From Sulfurospirillaceae bacterium (lineage in GTDB: Bacteria; Campylobacterota; Campylobacteria; Campylobacterales; Sulfurospirillaceae): a stretch of 64,000 nt of DNA. This document shows positions 59,972 to 64,000 of the stretch, piece after piece; position 1 is the first letter of the stretch, and every line of letters starts with the position of its first letter. Location: assembly GCA_033723415.1 (NCBI GenBank), contig JAWVXD010000003.1, forward strand, positions 96,001 to 160,000. Direction: 5' to 3'. The notes under the pieces are model-generated. The model did no database searches and had not been told where the DNA came from. It saw only the letters and a list, made by a program, of their open reading frames with translations. A program made the position numbers and the translations under genes.

Positions 59972-61033
59972 ATGATAAATAGATATAAAACTAAAAAAAT
60001 ATACGTAGGTGACATTGCCGTAGGGGGAGATGCTCCAATTCCCGTGCAGTCTATGACATATTCAAAAACCAGAGATGTGGATGCTACGGTTGAGCAGATA
60101 AGACGTCTTAGCTTTGCAGGTTGTGACATAGTTCGTGTTGCCGTTCCTGATTATGAAGATGCCAGAGCGTTAAAATCTATAAAAGAACAAATCAATCTGC
60201 CGCTTGTCGCAGATATTCACTTTAACTATAGATTAGCTTTGATCGCTGCAGAAGTAGTTGACTGTATTCGTATTAATCCTGGAAATATAGGTGAAAAAAG
60301 CAGGGTAAAAGAGGTTGTCAAAGCTTGTCAAGAACGAAATATTCCTATACGAATAGGTGTCAATAGCGGCTCTTTAGAAGAGATGTTTGACGTAAAATAC
60401 GGTGCCACACCGAAAGGAATGGTAGAATCTGCACTTTATAATATCAAATATCTTGAAGATTTAGGCTTTACTAATCTAAAAGTTTCTCTAAAAGCAAGTG
60501 ATGTCCAAAGGACGGTTGAGGCGTATAGAATGCTTCGTCCATTAGTGGATTATCCATTTCATATAGGTGTTACAGAAGCAGGAACACGTTTTCATTCTAC
60601 AGTAAAATCTTCTATAGCTCTTGGTTCTTTGCTATTAGAAGGCATCGGTGATACTATGAGAGTTTCAATAACCGGGGAATTAGAAGAAGAGATAAAAGTA
60701 GGAAAAGCGATTCTCAAAGACAGCGGTATTTCAAAAAGTGGATTAAACATAATATCATGTCCTACATGTGGACGAATAGAGGCCAATCTTGTGAAAGCGG
60801 TAGCAGAAGTAGAGGAGCGAACCAAACACATAAATGCACCTTTAAATGTTTCTGTCATGGGTTGTGTAGTCAATGCCATAGGTGAAGCAAAAGGTGCTGA
60901 TGTTGCTATAGCCTATGGAAAAGGACAGGGTTTGATCATGCGAAAAGGCGAAATCGTAGCAAAATTAAAAGAAAATGAGCTGGTAGATAGATTTTTACAA
61001 GAAGTCGAACTTGCGGCTAAGGAATTAGAATAG
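59972..61033 (+). CDS. ispG: 4-hydroxy-3-methylbut-2-en-1-yl diphosphate synthase
   Basis: [25 protein letters not shown] and MGCVVN motifs. Confidence 0.97.
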   Translation: MINRYKTKKIYVGDIAVGGDAPIPVQSMTYSKTRDVDATVEQIRRLSFAGCDIVRVAVPDYEDARALKSIKEQINLPLVADIHFNYRLALIAAEVVDCIRINPGNIGEKSRVKEVVKACQERNIPIRIGVNSGSLEEMFDVKYGATPKGMVESALYNIKYLEDLGFTNLKVSLKASDVQRTVEAYRMLRPLVDYPFHIGVTEAGTRFHSTVKSSIALGSLLLEGIGDTMRVSITGELEEEIKVGKAILKDSGISKSGLNIISCPTCGRIEANLVKAVAEVEERTKHINAPLNVSVMGCVVNAIGEAKGADVAIAYGKGQGLIMRKGEIVAKLKENELVDRFLQEVELAAKELE

Positions 61034-62455
61034 ATGCAAAATTTACATAATATAAATATAGAAAGATCGGTTCTCAGTTCTATACTGTTTGATCCAGGTA
61101 TCTTTGAAGATATAGCGGCACTTCTTAAGCCAAAAGATTTTTATCTTCCTAGTCACAAATATATTTATGAAGCTATGCTTGAGTGTGAAAAAGAAGATCT
61201 GCCTATTGACGAAGAGTTTATCAAAAAGAAATTAAGTCAAGACAATCGTTTTGATGAAGATGCTATGTTGGAGATCATATCCACCAATCCACTTCCTGCG
61301 ACTAAAGCGTATATTGATGAGATACGAGAAAAATCAATCAAGAGAGAATTGATAGAGCTTACAACACAGATAAAAGATGTAGCCGTTGAGCAAGATCTTC
61401 CATCACATGACGTAGTTGATCTGGTTCAGCAAAAGTTATATCAGATCACACAAGATACAGGGGCTAAAGAGTTTAGGATTGCGAGTGAGATGTCAAAAGC
61501 TACGATCCAACATATTTTGGAGATGAAAAAACGCGGAAATATGGGCGTTGTAGGGCTAGATACAGGATTTAGCAAACTAAATCAGCTCACAACAGGATTT
61601 GGTGACGGTGATCTTATCATTGTAGCAGCACGTCCTGCTATGGGTAAAACTGCTTTTTGTCTAAATTTGGCTCAAAATGCACTTGATGACAATAAAGGCG
61701 TAGCGATATTTTCATTGGAGATGCCTGCAGAACAGCTTATGCTTAGGATGTTTAGTGCAAAGACTTCTATACCATTGCAAAAGATCAAAGTTGGAGATTT
61801 GAATGATGATGAATGGTCGAGGCTTTCAAGCGCTGCCGATGAAATATCCAAAAAAGAATTTTTTGTAGATGACAACGGTAATGTTGACATACATAAAGTT
61901 AGAGCAAAACTAAGAAAACTTAAAACCCAGCATCCTGAGATCTCTTTGGCTATTATTGATTATTTGCAGCTTATGAGCGGTGGAGGAAACAAGGATAGAC
62001 ACCTAGAAGTCAGTGATATCAGTAGAGGACTTAAGCTCTTGGCCAGAGAGTTAGGCATGCCTATAATAGCCCTATCTCAGTTAAATAGAGGATTAGAGAG
62101 CAGAGGCGATAAAAGACCGATGCTGAGCGACTTAAGAGAATCCGGAGCGATTGAACAAGATGCAGATATCATTCTTTTTGTTTATAGAGATGATGTTTAT
62201 AGAGTAAGAGAAGAAAAAGAAAAAGAGCAAAAAGCAAGACTGGAAGGAAAAGAATACAAAAGCAACTTTTTTGAAAAACCGGAAGAAAGTGCAGAAGTTA
62301 TCATAGGTAAGAACAGAAATGGTCCTATAGGAGTTGCCAATCTAGTATTTCAGAAAAACTGTACAAGATTTGTAGATGATGGCGGGGTGCCTATAGAAAT
62401 AGTATATAAAAATACAGATAAAAACGAAGCAAAAATTTCTATGCCTACACTTTAA
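61034..62455 (+). CDS. dnaB: Replicative DNA helicase
   Basis: AARPAMGKT, DYLQLM, SQLNR and LRESGAIEQDAD motifs. Confidence 0.97.
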   Translation: MQNLHNINIERSVLSSILFDPGIFEDIAALLKPKDFYLPSHKYIYEAMLECEKEDLPIDEEFIKKKLSQDNRFDEDAMLEIISTNPLPATKAYIDEIREKSIKRELIELTTQIKDVAVEQDLPSHDVVDLVQQKLYQITQDTGAKEFRIASEMSKATIQHILEMKKRGNMGVVGLDTGFSKLNQLTTGFGDGDLIIVAARPAMGKTAFCLNLAQNALDDNKGVAIFSLEMPAEQLMLRMFSAKTSIPLQKIKVGDLNDDEWSRLSSAADEISKKEFFVDDNGNVDIHKVRAKLRKLKTQHPEISLAIIDYLQLMSGGGNKDRHLEVSDISRGLKLLARELGMPIIALSQLNRGLESRGDKRPMLSDLRESGAIEQDADIILFVYRDDVYRVREEKEKEQKARLEGKEYKSNFFEKPEESAEVIIGKNRNGPIGVANLVFQKNCTRFVDDGGVPIEIVYKNTDKNEAKISMPTL

Positions 62456-62472
62456 GATAGGCTTCATATAAA

Positions 62473-63723
62473 ATGGAGTCTGTACCGCTTTTTACAAATA
62501 AGAAAGAGATATTTGTAACATTTATGGTACTTCTTATACTATTTTGCTTTTCTTTAGGATTTGAGTATATAAAATATAAAGATCTAGTAAGAAAGCCTTT
62601 TTATACAACTCAAGCCAAAGTACTAAATCATTATCAAAAGAGTAGTAAAAAGAGTAAACCTTATGATGTTTTCAAACTTAGAAGTGAAGAAGGATTTACA
62701 TTTTATACTATAAGTTGGAAACATCGAAATATTTCTACAGGTGATAGTGTTACTATCAAATTCAGAACAAAACATATAAAATTCGTTGAATATATGAAGA
62801 GTTTTTTTACTCGATATATCTTTTTAAGTAAAGCGACAAAACAACACGATTCATATTTAGATCGTATAAAATCTTATGTTAGAAATCAGCATAAAACTTT
62901 TGAAACAAAAGAGATATTTTCAGCACTATTCTTTTCCTCTGCTATAAGTAAAAAAAGTAGAGAGAAAATTCAAAAACTAGGGATTTCTCATTTAATCGCT
63001 ATAAGCGGTTTCCATCTAGGTTTGCTTAGCTTGATCTTGTTTTTTTTATTTACCCCTGTTTATAGGCTTTTTCAAGATAGATATTTCCCATATAGAAATA
63101 TAAAAGCAGATTTATCTGTGATAGTATTCTTCTTTTTATTTTTATATATGTACGTGATAGATTTTTCTCCATCATTTTTACGTTCGTTTGTTATGGCTGT
63201 TTTTGGTTTTTTCTTATTTAGCAGACATATTAAGATAGTATCATTTTTGACTCTTCTTTTGAGCATTTGTTTTATACTGGTTTTATTCCCCAAACTGATT
63301 TTTTCTATATCTTTTTGGTTCTCTGTAAGCGGTGTTTTTTATATATTTTTATTTCTAAAACATTTTTCAAATTTCAATAAAATACTAATTTTTATATTAT
63401 TGAATTTTTGGGTATATCTCGCAATGTTGCCCATAGTACATTTTGTTTTTCCGGTTTTTACTCCATTGCAACTTGCTTCTCCTCTCTTGAGTATGTTATT
63501 TACCGTTTTTTATCCTGTAGAACTTTTTGCACATTTGATGAATTTTGGAGGTTTGTTCGATAGTGGAATTGAGTATTTACTTAATTTAAAAACAAATTTT
63601 TATGAGATAATGACACCAATATGGTTTTTGATACCCTACTTATTGTTGTCTCTCCTGGGTATCTTTTATAGATGGCTGGCTGTCTTGAGTATCTCCCTTT
63701 CCTTTGGTATATTCCTCATTTAA
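62473..63723 (+). CDS. comEC: ComEC/Rec2 competence protein (OB-like + membrane domain only)
   Basis: GISHLIAISGFHL and SFLRS motifs; polytopic membrane protein. Confidence 0.85.
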   Translation: MESVPLFTNKKEIFVTFMVLLILFCFSLGFEYIKYKDLVRKPFYTTQAKVLNHYQKSSKKSKPYDVFKLRSEEGFTFYTISWKHRNISTGDSVTIKFRTKHIKFVEYMKSFFTRYIFLSKATKQHDSYLDRIKSYVRNQHKTFETKEIFSALFFSSAISKKSREKIQKLGISHLIAISGFHLGLLSLILFFLFTPVYRLFQDRYFPYRNIKADLSVIVFFFLFLYMYVIDFSPSFLRSFVMAVFGFFLFSRHIKIVSFLTLLLSICFILVLFPKLIFSISFWFSVSGVFYIFLFLKHFSNFNKILIFILLNFWVYLAMLPIVHFVFPVFTPLQLASPLLSMLFTVFYPVELFAHLMNFGGLFDSGIEYLLNLKTNFYEIMTPIWFLIPYLLLSLLGIFYRWLAVLSISLSFGIFLI

Positions 63724-64000
63724 AACACAATATAATTTCATTCCATATAGATAAATTAGCCATGAAAAGTATATCCATAAAAAGAAGAACATGACGATAC
63801 TAAACGATCCGTAAATACTCAGATAAGTTTTGTTATAAGTAACATAAAAAACAAATAAGTTTTTTGATATGTACCATGTCAACGAAGCGATAAAAGAGGC
63901 GATCAAAACCATTTTTTTATTTACTTTGACATTTGATGAGATAATGTACATGATAAAGAATAGAAGCCAGATGATGAAATACGGGAAAAATAGATAGATA
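63640..64000 (-). CDS. YihY/BrkB-family inner membrane protein (5' end outside the window)
   Basis: Y.SIYGSFS...FFLWIYFSWLIYLYG signature; the frame continues past the window end. Confidence 0.85.
   Translation of the reverse strand, partial: IYLFFPYFIIWLLFFIMYIISSNVKVNKKMVLIASFIASLTWYISKNLFVFYVTYNKTYLSIYGSFSIVMFFFLWIYFSWLIYLYGMKLYCVLNEEYTKGKGDTQDSQPSIKDTQERQQ

Noticed and set aside
61034..62455. Intein in dnaB
   Set aside because: Normal length (473 aa) with contiguous helicase motifs.
620..63293. Numerous 60-120 aa antisense or nested ORFs in the track
   Set aside because: They lie within well-supported genes, lack recognisable motifs, and are expected shadow ORFs.
63640..63723. Convergent comEC/yihY overlap (and the 51618-51643 overlap) as a regulatory system
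   Set aside because: Short tail-to-tail overlaps are common in compact AT-rich genomes, and there is no further evidence.
1..64000. Transposases, integrases, prophage, defence systems, phase-variable poly-G tracts
   Set aside because: None were recognisable in the ORF track or the sequence.

Overview
AT-rich bacterial chromosome segment. Gene order and protein sequences point to Campylobacterota (Sulfurospirillum/Sulfurimonas-like; the taxon is inferred). From left to right: (1) an OmpR-type two-component pair, then metK with a long repeat-containing leader. (2) An accessory operon (minus strand) of GntR regulator, ATP-grasp ligase, glutamate-2,3-aminomutase-like radical SAM/PLP enzyme and M20 peptidase, divergent from a TAXI-TRAP transporter. 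(3) A core block: lnt, yajC-secDF, leuS-lptE, GGDEF protein, folC, M23 peptidase/bactofilin, mfd, DUF815 ATPase, HhH glycosylase, FliK-like/FlhB-like pair. (4) An ~18 kb minus-strand glycogen/alpha-glucan island (pgm, glgP-like, pgi, glgB, two glgA, ROK kinase, GalT-like, two GH57, nucleotidyltransferase-PMM fusion, CBM48) with no canonical glgC. (5) Housekeeping genes: argJ, rpmB, rpe, trpF, exonuclease, gamma-CA, ppk1, uvrB, zapB/zapA-like, two prepilins, priA, ispG, dnaB, comEC, yihY (partial). I saw no tRNA, rRNA, CRISPR array, transposase or prophage. The best candidate for an undescribed system is the aminomutase/ATP-grasp/M20 operon, whose mutase lacks the substrate-pocket residues of both lysine and glutamate 2,3-aminomutases. 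Also notable: a GT35 phosphorylase lacking the PLP lysine, a structured metK leader, a 129-bp inverted-repeat element, sigma28-like promoters before the zapB-like and pilin genes, and an unannotated 27-aa ORF. Family assignments come from motif recognition by eye; no database searches were run.
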